Below, piece by piece: positions 28,162 through 37,729 of a DNA stretch of 64,000 bases. The translations under genes and the position numbers were made by a program. Within the stretch, counting starts at the first letter, position 1. Every line of letters begins with the position of its first letter. Source of the stretch: an uncultured Alphaproteobacteria bacterium (GTDB lineage Bacteria; Pseudomonadota; Alphaproteobacteria; HIMB59; GCA-002718135); the NCBI GenBank assembly GCA_902616075.1, contig CACMRK010000003.1, forward strand, positions 7,153 to 71,152, given 5' to 3'. The notes under the pieces were generated by a model. It was not told where the DNA came from. It did not search any database and saw only the letters and a program-made list of their open reading frames with translations.

Positions 28162-29157
28162 GTGTCTAAAATTCACGTAGATTTTATCAGAGGTAAAAGA
28201 GTTGAAAGCACTCATGAAATTAAGGCATTAGTAACAAATGTTGATGGTAAAATTTTATTATCTACAAATAATGATGATGAATTTTTTTTCCCTCGATCAT
28301 CAATTAAAATATTTCAAGCTATTCCTTTTGCAATGTCAAATGCAATCAAAAATTATAAATTAAATAACAAACATATAGCTTTAGCTTGCGCTTCACATAA
28401 AGGAGAAAATTTTCATATAAAAGAACTGAAAAAATGGATTTCAAAAATAAACTTAAAAACAAAAAATTTACAATGTGGTATTCATGGGCCACTAGATAAA
28501 AAAGCATCTGAAAAAATAATATATTCTAGGAAAAAATTTAACGAACTACATAACAATTGTGCTGGAAAACACTTAGGTATGTTAACAAGCTGTTTGGTCT
28601 ATAATCAGAGCATTATAAACTATCTTGATTATAATCACGCACATCAAAAAAATATTAGAAAAATTTTTAATAAATTTACAGAAAGCAAATTATCAAAGAA
28701 AAATTTCTCTCTGGATGGTTGTAGTGCGCCACAATACTCATTTAAAATTAAATCTATATCAAAGGCATTAAATAATTTGATTAAGAGTTATAAAAATAAT
28801 TTTGAGTATACTGATCAAGTAAGAACATTGGTAAATTCAATTTTAAAAAATCCTGAATTTATTGGCGGAACTGTGAGTTTTGATACAAAGGTAATAAAAG
28901 CTTCAAAAGGAAAAATATTTTGTAAATGTGGGGCTGAAGGTGTTTTTTTATTTGTTGATTTCAAAAAGGAAATTAGCGGGGTAATTAAAATTACAGATGG
29001 AAATGAAAGAGCTATACCAATTGCAATACTAAATATTTTTAAAAAATTTAAAGTTATGAGTAAAGTAGAATTAAAAAATCTAGAAAAAAAAGAAGGGTTT
29101 GAGTTAAAAAATCATGCAGGTAGGAATATTGGTCGTATCAGCCTTACAATGAAATAA
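28162..29157 (+). CDS. asparaginase-II family (PF06089-like) protein
   Basis: GTG start. VESTHE, FPRSSIKIFQAIPF, ACASHKGENFH and LQCGIHGP follow the Asparaginase_II family pattern. Confidence 0.7.
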   Translation: MSKIHVDFIRGKRVESTHEIKALVTNVDGKILLSTNNDDEFFFPRSSIKIFQAIPFAMSNAIKNYKLNNKHIALACASHKGENFHIKELKKWISKINLKTKNLQCGIHGPLDKKASEKIIYSRKKFNELHNNCAGKHLGMLTSCLVYNQSIINYLDYNHAHQKNIRKIFNKFTESKLSKKNFSLDGCSAPQYSFKIKSISKALNNLIKSYKNNFEYTDQVRTLVNSILKNPEFIGGTVSFDTKVIKASKGKIFCKCGAEGVFLFVDFKKEISGVIKITDGNERAIPIAILNIFKKFKVMSKVELKNLEKKEGFELKNHAGRNIGRISLTMK

Positions 29158-29575
29158 GAAATAAAAATAGGATAATCAAAATCGTTAAAGGCAGCCTGAG
29201 ATAGTAAAATGCCTTTTTATTTGTTTCGTTTGCAAATAATATAATATAATCAAAAAATAACTGAGTTAACAAAAGTAAAATTATTAAAATAAAAATTATT
29301 AAAATATTAATGTTAAGAAGGCTTAATATAATAATTATAACAGCAAATAAGCTAGGCAAAAAACCGTATATTACTATATGCGTGGGTGGATTATTTTTTA
29401 AATTCCAGTTTATTGATCCAATAAAAACAATTATAATTAGACTATAGTAAGTAACAAAATTAAGTAGATCTTCTTCCTCAACTACTAAAAAATAGTATTT
29501 ATCAAAAAAAATTAAAACATATGGTATTAATCCGAAATATGAAATTAGAAATTGAAAGTTAATTTTTTTGTACAT
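29144..29575 (-). CDS. small polytopic membrane protein (DUF3429-like)
   Basis: 143 aa with four hydrophobic segments. The N-terminal SYFGLIPY resembles DUF3429. Confidence 0.45.
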   Translation of the reverse strand: MYKKINFQFLISYFGLIPYVLIFFDKYYFLVVEEEDLLNFVTYYSLIIIVFIGSINWNLKNNPPTHIVIYGFLPSLFAVIIIILSLLNINILIIFILIILLLLTQLFFDYIILFANETNKKAFYYLRLPLTILIILFLFLISL

Positions 29576-29580
29576 TAAGT

Positions 29581-30456
29581 ATGATTGATCAAAGTATCAT
29601 TTTAGAAATTGAAAAACTTTTAGATAATAAAAAAATTATAGATAGCAAGTTATTATCAGACTCTTTTGGCATTAATTGCCTAAAAATTGTTAATGAAGAT
29701 AATAAAAAATTTATTGTTAAGTATTACTATGACAAAAAGTATGAATTTAATGCAATAAAATCTGAAGTTGATAACCTTGTTTTTTATAATAATAATAATT
29801 TCAATTTTTTCCCAAGAATTGTTAGTAACAATGATTATCTCGTTATAATGTCATTTATTGACAATAATAATTATCAACCAAATAAGATTAATGATGATTT
29901 ATTAGAGGCAATAATTTCTATTCATTCTAAAAATAATATAAATTATGGTTTTGATTTTGATACTCAAATTGGTGGATTAAGACAAATAAATTCTTATTCA
30001 AAAAATTGGGTAGAATTCTACAGAGATAAAAGACTATACTATATATTCGATTTAATTAATAAAAAGCAACAAATGGATAATTCTATTAATACTAAAATTA
30101 ATTTGTTGTTAAAAAAAATGGATAATTTTATTCCAAATAACCCAAAACCATCATTATTACATGGAGACTTATGGGAAGGAAATATACTTTTTAAAAATAA
30201 AAAATTTTCAGGACTTATAGATCCAGGATCTTTTTATGGTCATAATGAATTAGAAGTTTCCTACTTAAGATGGTTTGATCCAATGTTTATTGATAAAAAT
30301 TTTTTAGATAGATACAATGATTTTATAAGTATTGATAAAAATTATTTAGAATATGAGCCAATTTATCAATTATATTATTCGTTATTAAATGTTTATTTAT
30401 GGGATAGAAGCTTTGTTAAAAATGTTCGTAAGTTATTAGATGAAATAAAAATATAA
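29581..30456 (+). CDS. fructosamine/ketosamine-3-kinase family protein
   Basis: LLHGDLWEGNILF and IDPGSFYGHNELEVSYLRWF are the catalytic-loop motifs of the family. Confidence 0.8.
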   Translation: MIDQSIILEIEKLLDNKKIIDSKLLSDSFGINCLKIVNEDNKKFIVKYYYDKKYEFNAIKSEVDNLVFYNNNNFNFFPRIVSNNDYLVIMSFIDNNNYQPNKINDDLLEAIISIHSKNNINYGFDFDTQIGGLRQINSYSKNWVEFYRDKRLYYIFDLINKKQQMDNSINTKINLLLKKMDNFIPNNPKPSLLHGDLWEGNILFKNKKFSGLIDPGSFYGHNELEVSYLRWFDPMFIDKNFLDRYNDFISIDKNYLEYEPIYQLYYSLLNVYLWDRSFVKNVRKLLDEIKI

Positions 30457-30459
30457 AGA

Positions 30460-31512
30460 TTAAACACAAGGATTAGGATCAGATAAGTGTATGTCTTCAA
30501 TTTCTTTTAATACTTCTTTTGATAGCGTTATATCAATACTATCAATATTTTCTTTAAGTTGGTCCATAGTAGTAGCGCCTATTATATTACTTGTAACAAA
30601 TGGACGATCATTAACAAATGCGTTTGCAAAAGTAGATGGTGCCATTTCATATTTTTGAGCAAGTTTAAAATATTTTTCTATTGCGCTTTCTCCTCTTTCA
30701 GTATGGTGCCGAGAGAATCGTCTTGGCCAAAGAGTATACCTAGCTTTTTCGGGATTTTTTCCCCCAATATATTTACCACTTAATCTTCCACCTGCTAAAG
30801 GGGAATAAGCGAGTAAACCACAATTTTCTCTGATTGAAACTTCAGAATTATGAATATCAAATACACGGTTAACTAAACTATAAACATTCTGTATTGACAT
30901 CATTCGGGGAAGGTTTTTCTCTTTAGAAACCTGAAGGTATTTCATAACACCCCATGGCGTTTCATTAGATAAACCAGCGAATCTAATTTTGCCAGCTTTA
31001 ACAAGTTGATCAAGATTATATAAAACTTCTTCTACTGTAGTCCAATCATTATCACTTGCATCATATTCAAAGTCTAAAATTCCAAATTTTGGCACCTTTC
31101 TCTCTGGCCAGTGTAATTGGTATAAATCGATATAGTCAGTTTTTAATCTTTTAAGACTCGCATCTATAGCGTCATTCATATTTTGTTTATCAAAACCTAA
31201 GTTTTTTGATCCATCTCTAATCCACTCAAGACCATCAGATTTTGAAGCTATTTTTGATGCTAAAATTATTTTATCTCTATTTTTTCTTTCTTTGACCCAG
31301 TTGCCAACTATTTCTTCAGTTTTTCCATATGTTTCTTTTCTAGGCATTACTGCATATAATTCAGCTGTATCAAAAAAATTAACTCCTCTTTCGACAGAGT
31401 AATCCATTTGTTCAAAACCATCTTCTTGACTATTTTGTTCACCAAAAGTCATTGTACCTAAACAAATAACACTTACATCAATGTCTGTATTGCCAAGTTT
31501 TCTGTATTTCAT
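30460..31512 (-). CDS. aldo/keto reductase (Tas-like), paralogue 1
   Basis: MKYRKLGNTDIDVSVICLGTMTFG, FFDTAELY and DLYQLHWP are AKR motifs. Confidence 0.9.
   Translation of the reverse strand: MKYRKLGNTDIDVSVICLGTMTFGEQNSQEDGFEQMDYSVERGVNFFDTAELYAVMPRKETYGKTEEIVGNWVKERKNRDKIILASKIASKSDGLEWIRDGSKNLGFDKQNMNDAIDASLKRLKTDYIDLYQLHWPERKVPKFGILDFEYDASDNDWTTVEEVLYNLDQLVKAGKIRFAGLSNETPWGVMKYLQVSKEKNLPRMMSIQNVYSLVNRVFDIHNSEVSIRENCGLLAYSPLAGGRLSGKYIGGKNPEKARYTLWPRRFSRHHTERGESAIEKYFKLAQKYEMAPSTFANAFVNDRPFVTSNIIGATTMDQLKENIDSIDITLSKEVLKEIEDIHLSDPNPCV
30752..30858. repeat. 107-nt tract identical to 31823-31929 (copy A)
   Basis: Base-by-base comparison of the two AKR genes gives perfect identity over 107 nt. 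The flanking codons differ at many synonymous sites. Confidence 0.9.
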
Positions 31513-31530
31513 TTTTTATATTTTTAATTA

Positions 31531-32580
31531 TTACACACAAGGGTTTGGATCATAAAGATGAATATCTTCAATTTCTTTTAAGATATCATTTGATAATGTG
31601 ACATCAATACTATCAATATTTTCTTTAAGTTGGTCCATTGTTGTAGCTCCAATTATATTACTGGTGACAAAAGGACGATCATTCACAAATGCATTAGCAA
31701 AAGTTGAGGGTGCTATGCCATGCTTATTAGCAAGATTAACATATTTCTCAATTGCATTTTCTCCTCTCATAGTGTTATGCCTATCAAAGCGATTGGCCCA
31801 CAGTGTAAATCTTGTATTAGGTGGATTTTTTCCCCCAATATATTTACCACTTAATCTTCCACCTGCTAAAGGGGAATAAGCGAGTAAACCACAATTTTCT
31901 CTGATTGAAACTTCAGAATTATGAATATCGAAAATTCTATTTACAAGACTGTATACATTTTGAATTGACATCATTCGTGGGAGGTTTTTTTCTTCTGATA
32001 ATTTCATATATTTCATGACACCCCAGGGTGTTTCATTAGAGACACCTATATGCCTTACTTTTCCTTGTTTAATTAAATCTTGAAGACAAGATAAAACTTC
32101 TTCTAATTCAACCCATGAATCCCCAGGATCATATTCAAAATCTAATTTTCCAAACTTTGGTACTTTTCTTTCTGGTGCGTGAAGTTGATATAAATCAATA
32201 TAGTCAGTTTTTAATCTCTTTAGACTGCCATCTATTGCAGCATTAATATTTTTTTTATCAAAAATAAGATTTGGACCTCCATCTCTAATCCAACTGTTCC
32301 CTTCACTTTTAGCACAAATTTTAGTAGCTAAAATTACATCTTTTCTTTTACTATTTTGAGCAAACCAATTACCAATAATTTCCTCCGTTTTGCCATAAGT
32401 TTCAGCTCTTGTTGGTATAGAATACACTTCAGCTGTATCAAAAAAATTTACACCTCTTTCAAAAGCATAATCCATCTGTTTAAAACCGTCATCTTGGTTG
32501 TTTTGCTCTCCCCATGTCATTGTACCTAGACAAATGACACTTACATCTAAATCTGTGGTTCCTAATTTTCTATACTTCAT
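31531..32580 (-). CDS. aldo/keto reductase (Tas-like), paralogue 2
   Basis: Same architecture as the neighbouring gene and collinear along its full length. Confidence 0.9.
   Translation of the reverse strand: MKYRKLGTTDLDVSVICLGTMTWGEQNNQDDGFKQMDYAFERGVNFFDTAEVYSIPTRAETYGKTEEIIGNWFAQNSKRKDVILATKICAKSEGNSWIRDGGPNLIFDKKNINAAIDGSLKRLKTDYIDLYQLHAPERKVPKFGKLDFEYDPGDSWVELEEVLSCLQDLIKQGKVRHIGVSNETPWGVMKYMKLSEEKNLPRMMSIQNVYSLVNRIFDIHNSEVSIRENCGLLAYSPLAGGRLSGKYIGGKNPPNTRFTLWANRFDRHNTMRGENAIEKYVNLANKHGIAPSTFANAFVNDRPFVTSNIIGATTMDQLKENIDSIDVTLSNDILKEIEDIHLYDPNPCV
31823..31929. repeat. 107-nt tract identical to 30752-30858 (copy B)
   Basis: Same comparison as for copy A. Confidence 0.9.
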
Positions 32581-32650
32581 ACTATTTTTATAAAATGCCT
32601 TGAAATTGTCGGATTTATAGCGATATTAATAATAATTAAAAGGAGAAATT

Positions 32651-33403
32651 ATGGCTTTAGACTTTAATCAACGATCTTATACAAAATCAGTAGATCAGGC
32701 GGCAATTGATGAAGGCTTGAGAGCGTATATGCTTAAAGTCTACAATTATATGACAATTGGTTTATTACTTACTGGATTTATTGCTTACTTCTTTGGAAAA
32801 GCATCGATAGTTACAAACGAAGTGGGTCAAATAGTGGGCGTAACTCAAGTGGGTGCATTACTTTTTGGATCTCCACTAAAATGGGTTATTATGCTAGCTC
32901 CACTAGGATTTGTATTTTATTTAAGTGCCAGAATTAATAGAATGTCAGTTTCGTCAGCGCAGATAACCTTTTGGTTATTCGCAAGTATAATGGGTTTGTC
33001 TCTTGCTTCAGTATTTATTGAATTCACTCAAACTTCTATTGCTAGAGTATTTTTTATTACAGCAGGTACATTTGGAGCAATGAGCTTATACGGCTATACA
33101 ACAAAAAGAGACTTAACTAAACTTGGCGGTTTCTTATTTATGGGACTAATTGGTATTATTATCGCAAGTGTAGTTAATATTTTTGTTGGATCAACAGCTT
33201 TGCAATTTGCAATCTCTGTTATTGGTATTCTGGTTTTTGTTGGACTGACAGCATACGATACACAAAACATCAAAAATATGTATTACGGTGGTGATAGTGA
33301 AGAAATAGGATCAAAAAAAGCATTGATGGGTGCATTAAAATTGTATTTGGACTTCATCAACCTATTCATTTTATTACTTCAATTATTTGGTCAAAGAAGA
33401 TAA
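32651..33403 (+). CDS. Bax inhibitor-1/YccA-family membrane protein
   Basis: 250 aa with seven hydrophobic helices. LRAYMLKVYNYM and the YDTQ...LKLYLDFINLF tail are typical of the BI-1 family. Confidence 0.85.
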   Translation: MALDFNQRSYTKSVDQAAIDEGLRAYMLKVYNYMTIGLLLTGFIAYFFGKASIVTNEVGQIVGVTQVGALLFGSPLKWVIMLAPLGFVFYLSARINRMSVSSAQITFWLFASIMGLSLASVFIEFTQTSIARVFFITAGTFGAMSLYGYTTKRDLTKLGGFLFMGLIGIIIASVVNIFVGSTALQFAISVIGILVFVGLTAYDTQNIKNMYYGGDSEEIGSKKALMGALKLYLDFINLFILLLQLFGQRR

Positions 33404-33434
33404 TTCTTTTAAAACCTAAATATATTTTTATTAT

Positions 33435-33463
33435 ACCCAGTCTTTTAAAGACTGGGTTTTTTT
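33435..33463 (+). terminator. rho-independent terminator abutting the next start codon
   Basis: ACCCAGTCTTT-T-AAAGACTGGGT inverted repeat (33435-33457) is followed by a T-run 33458-33463. ATG follows at 33464. Confidence 0.6.
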
Positions 33464-35269
33464 ATGTCAAATTTAGAAAATAAACTTAAAAAAATTATTG
33501 ATACATTCAACAATGTTAATAAAGAAATTGCTTTCAAAGAAATAAAAAAATTATCAGAAAAATATAATAAAAACATAAGTGTTCAAAATGTTTTGTTTCA
33601 AGTAGCTAAAAAAATTGGTGACATTGATACATCAATCAATGCTTTAAAAAAGATTTTGGTTATTGAAAATAATAATACTTTATATCTTTCACAATTATAT
33701 AAATTACTTTTGGAAAAAGGTTTGTTTGATGAAGCTCTAGAAAAAATAAATTTTATACTCAAAATAGATAATTCAAATTATGATGCTTTACGAGACAAAT
33801 CTTATATATATTTTTTAAAAAATGATTATGTTGAAGCTAAGAAATATATTGAGAATATATTAGACTTAAAAGATGATGATTACTTTGGTTATAATATTAA
33901 AGGCTTAATATATCTTAAAAATCATTTTTATGAGGAAGCAAGAAATTTATTTAATACAGCTATAAAAATTAATGATCGTTATGTAGATACCTATAATAAT
34001 TTAGGTGCTTGTTTACTTGAATTAGAAAAACTTGACGAGGCAAAAAAAGTTTTTAGTATTGCCTATAACATTGACAAAAAAAATGTGTCGAGCATTATAA
34101 ATATAGCTAATATTTTAAGCCTTAAAGATGACATTATTCAAGCAGTAAAACACTATGAAGAAGCTTTAAGTTTAGATCCAAATAACCAAGAAATTCTCTC
34201 TAATTTAGCCATATGCTACTGCAGAGACAATAATGAAAAAAAAGCTAAAATATTTTATGATAAAGCATTAAAAATTAATCCTTATGACTATAAATTAATT
34301 TATGCTTATTGCACATTACAATTAAAATTAAATAAATTCGAAAAATCTTGGGAGTTATTTGATTCAAGATTATTAATACAAAAAAATAAGTATAAGTTAA
34401 GTAATTTCGATATGGTTAAAAATAATTTATTTAACAATTTGCAAATCAACCCAAAAGACAAGTTACTTGTTTTAAGAGAACAAGGAGTAGGAGACGAAAT
34501 TTTATTTAGCTCCATATATCCAGATATTATAAATAAATTTGTAAATGTTAAGATTGAAGCTGATAAAAGATTGGTATCCATTTTTAATCGATCGTTTGGA
34601 AAAAAAATGTTTGTAGAAGATGGATATTATTCTAAAGATCCTTCAGTATCTGGTTTTGATAAAATCACATATGCTGGAAGTTTGATAAAATTCTTTAGAA
34701 AAAATAAAGATGATTTTAACTATGAATATTATTTGACTGCAAGAGAAGATATTATTTATAAATACAAAAAAAAACTAGAGAATTACAAAGGTAAAATTAA
34801 GATAGGTATATCATGGAAAAGCTCAGTAAGTATTTACGGTAGTTTAAAATCACTGTCTATCAAAAATTTTGAACCTTTATTTACAGATGATAGAATAATT
34901 GTAAATTTACAATACGGAAATATAGATTCAGATAAAAAATACATATTAAATCAAGGTAAACACTTAGAGGTATTTAATGATTTAGATTTATTTAATGATA
35001 TTGAATCATGCATGGGGTTACTAAAAAATTTAGATTTGTTAATTACTGTTAGCAATGCTACTGCACACTTTGCTGGTGCACTTGGAATACCGACTATACT
35101 CATCTGTCCAAAAAAATCATCAACTTATTACTATTGGAATACTGAACATGGTTCTTCTATGTGGTATAAAAATATGAAAATATTAGGAATAGAAAAATCG
35201 ATTATTCATACAATAAATCAAATAAATAATATTTTAGAAAAGAGTAATGAATTTAAATTTACAAATTAA
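33464..35269 (+). CDS. TPR-repeat protein fused to a GT9-like glycosyltransferase domain, paralogue 1
   Basis: The N-terminal ~300 aa carry repeated A..Y/F..AL..(D/N)P TPR patterns. The C-terminal part has REQGVGDEILFSS, GISWKS, LQYG and ITVSNATAHFAGALGIPT (GT9-type motifs). Confidence 0.65.
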   Translation: MSNLENKLKKIIDTFNNVNKEIAFKEIKKLSEKYNKNISVQNVLFQVAKKIGDIDTSINALKKILVIENNNTLYLSQLYKLLLEKGLFDEALEKINFILKIDNSNYDALRDKSYIYFLKNDYVEAKKYIENILDLKDDDYFGYNIKGLIYLKNHFYEEARNLFNTAIKINDRYVDTYNNLGACLLELEKLDEAKKVFSIAYNIDKKNVSSIINIANILSLKDDIIQAVKHYEEALSLDPNNQEILSNLAICYCRDNNEKKAKIFYDKALKINPYDYKLIYAYCTLQLKLNKFEKSWELFDSRLLIQKNKYKLSNFDMVKNNLFNNLQINPKDKLLVLREQGVGDEILFSSIYPDIINKFVNVKIEADKRLVSIFNRSFGKKMFVEDGYYSKDPSVSGFDKITYAGSLIKFFRKNKDDFNYEYYLTAREDIIYKYKKKLENYKGKIKIGISWKSSVSIYGSLKSLSIKNFEPLFTDDRIIVNLQYGNIDSDKKYILNQGKHLEVFNDLDLFNDIESCMGLLKNLDLLITVSNATAHFAGALGIPTILICPKKSSTYYYWNTEHGSSMWYKNMKILGIEKSIIHTINQINNILEKSNEFKFTN

Positions 35270-37034
35270 TAAACTTCTAAAAAAATTTGAAACCGGAAAC
35301 AAGTTAGAAAGTTATAAGGAATTACAAAAAATTTTTAAGAAAAATAAACAAAATAACCTACTTCGTTATAACCTTGCAGTTGTTCAGCAACAATTAAACT
35401 TAAATGAAGAAGCTAGATTGAATTATAATTATTTAATTAAAATTGAGAAAAATCTAAAGGCAATGATTAATCTTTATAATATAGACATTATAGAATCAAG
35501 ATATAAAGAAGCCCTTGATACAATTAATAAAATTTTAAAGTTAGAACAAATCGATAATGTTCATAAAGACAAGGCTTTTGTTTTTTATAAATTAAATAGA
35601 ATCAAAGAATCTAAAGAAATTTGCATATTTTATCTTAAAAAAAATGACAAAGACTTAGTTTCTTTAAACATAATAGGTCAGTGTTTGTTTCATGAAGGCA
35701 AATATGATGAATCAATTAAGATATTTGAAAAAATTTTAGAAATTGACCCAAAGAATCTTTCAGCATTAAATTCACTTGGAAGAACTTATCACGAAAAACG
35801 TGAGGCAGTAAAAGCAGAAAAATATTATTTAAAGGCTCTAGAAATAAATAAATTATCTTTTTATGTTTTGAATAATATTGCTGGTTTTTACAGAGAAGAA
35901 TTAAATTATGATAAAGCTATTAATTACTACGAACAGGCGCTTTCTATCAATCCTAATAATGCGTATATTTATAATAATTTATCAAAAATTTATTTCGATT
36001 TAAACAACCATAAAGAAGCTAAAAAAAATAGTTTTAAAGCTATGGAAATGAAAAGGGATGATGGCGATATAAAAAAAACTCTCTCATTTATTTACTTAAA
36101 AGATCATGATTTTGATAAAGGTTGGAATTATTTTGAAGGAAGATTAGATTTAGATGATTTCGTAAAAAAAAATGATTACGTACAAAAATTAAATAATAAA
36201 ATTTACCGGTTAAATATTGTGAAAAATAAAAAAAATAAATTTTTGATAGTACGTGAACAAGGAGTTGGTGATGAAATTTTGTATAGTTCTATGTATGAAG
36301 ATGTTTTGGAAGACCTTGAAAATACAATGATTGAGTGTGATCCACGTTTATTGAATCTATTTAGAAGATCATTTCCAAAATATAGAAATAGTTTTGTTGA
36401 ATTAGGAAATATAACAAATAATGAGACAAAATTTAAAGAAATTGATTATGTCCTGTATGCAGGTAGCTTAGGGAGATATTATCGTAAAAATATAAATAAT
36501 TTCCATAATAAATCATTTATCAAAATAGATGAAATCAATTTTGAAAATATAAAAAATAAGTTATCAATATATCAAAAGCAATTTAAGATTGGAATTTCTT
36601 GGAAAAGTTTTAACAATAGATATGCTATTGATAAATCTCTAAATCTAAAAGATTTTGAAAATTTATTTAATTTATCTGATTGTGATATATTAAATTTGCA
36701 ATATGGAGATGTTAAAGATGAGATATATAAATTTAATAAAAATTCAAAAAATAAACTATTAACTGTAAAAGATATTGATTTATATAATGATTTTGACAGT
36801 ATTGCTTCACTATTAAAATCTTTGGATATTTTTATTACAATAAGCAACAGTACTGCCCATTTAGCTGGATCCTTAGGTGTTAAAACAATTCTTATAAAAC
36901 CAGAAAATTATGCTTTATTTCATTATTGGAATCAAAAGACTGATAAAACTCCTTGGTATAACTCAATAAAGCTAATTGAAAAAAATAAGTTTTTGAGTAA
37001 AATTGAAGTGTTAAATAATTTTTTAGATATTTAA
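35247..37034 (+). CDS. TPR-repeat protein fused to a GT9-like glycosyltransferase domain, paralogue 2
   Basis: Same architecture as paralogue 1 (REQGVGDEILYSS, GISWKS, LQYG, ITISNSTAHLAGSLGVKT). The start overlaps the upstream gene by 23 nt. Confidence 0.65.
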   Translation: MNLNLQINKLLKKFETGNKLESYKELQKIFKKNKQNNLLRYNLAVVQQQLNLNEEARLNYNYLIKIEKNLKAMINLYNIDIIESRYKEALDTINKILKLEQIDNVHKDKAFVFYKLNRIKESKEICIFYLKKNDKDLVSLNIIGQCLFHEGKYDESIKIFEKILEIDPKNLSALNSLGRTYHEKREAVKAEKYYLKALEINKLSFYVLNNIAGFYREELNYDKAINYYEQALSINPNNAYIYNNLSKIYFDLNNHKEAKKNSFKAMEMKRDDGDIKKTLSFIYLKDHDFDKGWNYFEGRLDLDDFVKKNDYVQKLNNKIYRLNIVKNKKNKFLIVREQGVGDEILYSSMYEDVLEDLENTMIECDPRLLNLFRRSFPKYRNSFVELGNITNNETKFKEIDYVLYAGSLGRYYRKNINNFHNKSFIKIDEINFENIKNKLSIYQKQFKIGISWKSFNNRYAIDKSLNLKDFENLFNLSDCDILNLQYGDVKDEIYKFNKNSKNKLLTVKDIDLYNDFDSIASLLKSLDIFITISNSTAHLAGSLGVKTILIKPENYALFHYWNQKTDKTPWYNSIKLIEKNKFLSKIEVLNNFLDI

Positions 37035-37035
37035 A

Positions 37036-37728
37036 TTATTTAAATTTATTGGAAAGATATTCGTTTCTTTCTATTAACCATTCATTAGCAAACTCAACGT
37101 CCTGCCATTCTGAAAACCAAGGACCTCCTCGAGTATAATGTACAGCATACGGCTTTTGGTTATTATGGCCTGATGTCCAACCTTCTAACCAATTCCATCT
37201 TTCATCTAAAGAACCAATCTCTTCGTCCTTACACCATTTAAATTGATGAAGATATGCACCTGTTTCTTTGTTAACTTTTTCTACTGTTAAATTTTTGGTA
37301 CTAGGGTGAGAACAGTTATATAAGATAAAACTAGACCAGTTCTTTCTAGGATAGATTGTTTGTTTTTGTCCATCCATTTTATGTTTTTCTTTTGGTGTAT
37401 AATCATGTTGGACGCAGTATACAGCTTTAGAATCATCAAGATTATTTAGCAAACCAGATACATCACCTAAAAAGACAAAGTCACAATCACAAAAAACTGC
37501 CCAACCTTTATAATTCATAAGTTTTGGAACTAAAAATCTTGAATAAGTGAATTGTGTTGATGCTAAAGGATCAACGTTTCTGGTGTAAAGGTTTTTAGCT
37601 ATAAGCTCATCTAGTTTCAAAGAAACAACATTAACATCAATACTTGATCGTTTTAAAAGTGAATATTTACATACTCGGTAAGCTATATCTTCTTTAGAAT
37701 CATATCCTATAAAAAAATTTAATTTCAT
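37036..37728 (-). CDS. putative nucleotide-diphospho-sugar (GT-A, DxD) glycosyltransferase
   Basis: 230 aa. N-terminal beta-alpha start FFIGYD, YSRFLVP, and a DCD motif in AVFCDCDFVFLGD resemble GT8-like enzymes. This is weak evidence. Confidence 0.4.
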   Translation of the reverse strand: MKLNFFIGYDSKEDIAYRVCKYSLLKRSSIDVNVVSLKLDELIAKNLYTRNVDPLASTQFTYSRFLVPKLMNYKGWAVFCDCDFVFLGDVSGLLNNLDDSKAVYCVQHDYTPKEKHKMDGQKQTIYPRKNWSSFILYNCSHPSTKNLTVEKVNKETGAYLHQFKWCKDEEIGSLDERWNWLEGWTSGHNNQKPYAVHYTRGGPWFSEWQDVEFANEWLIERNEYLSNKFK

Positions 37729-37729
37729 A

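Noticed and set aside
32599-32626. Sigma-32-like promoter (CTTGAA-N16-CGATAT) upstream of the BI-1/YccA-family gene
   Set aside because: It is a single weak match in AT-rich DNA. The -10 element only loosely resembles the heat-shock consensus, and I cannot assess conservation.
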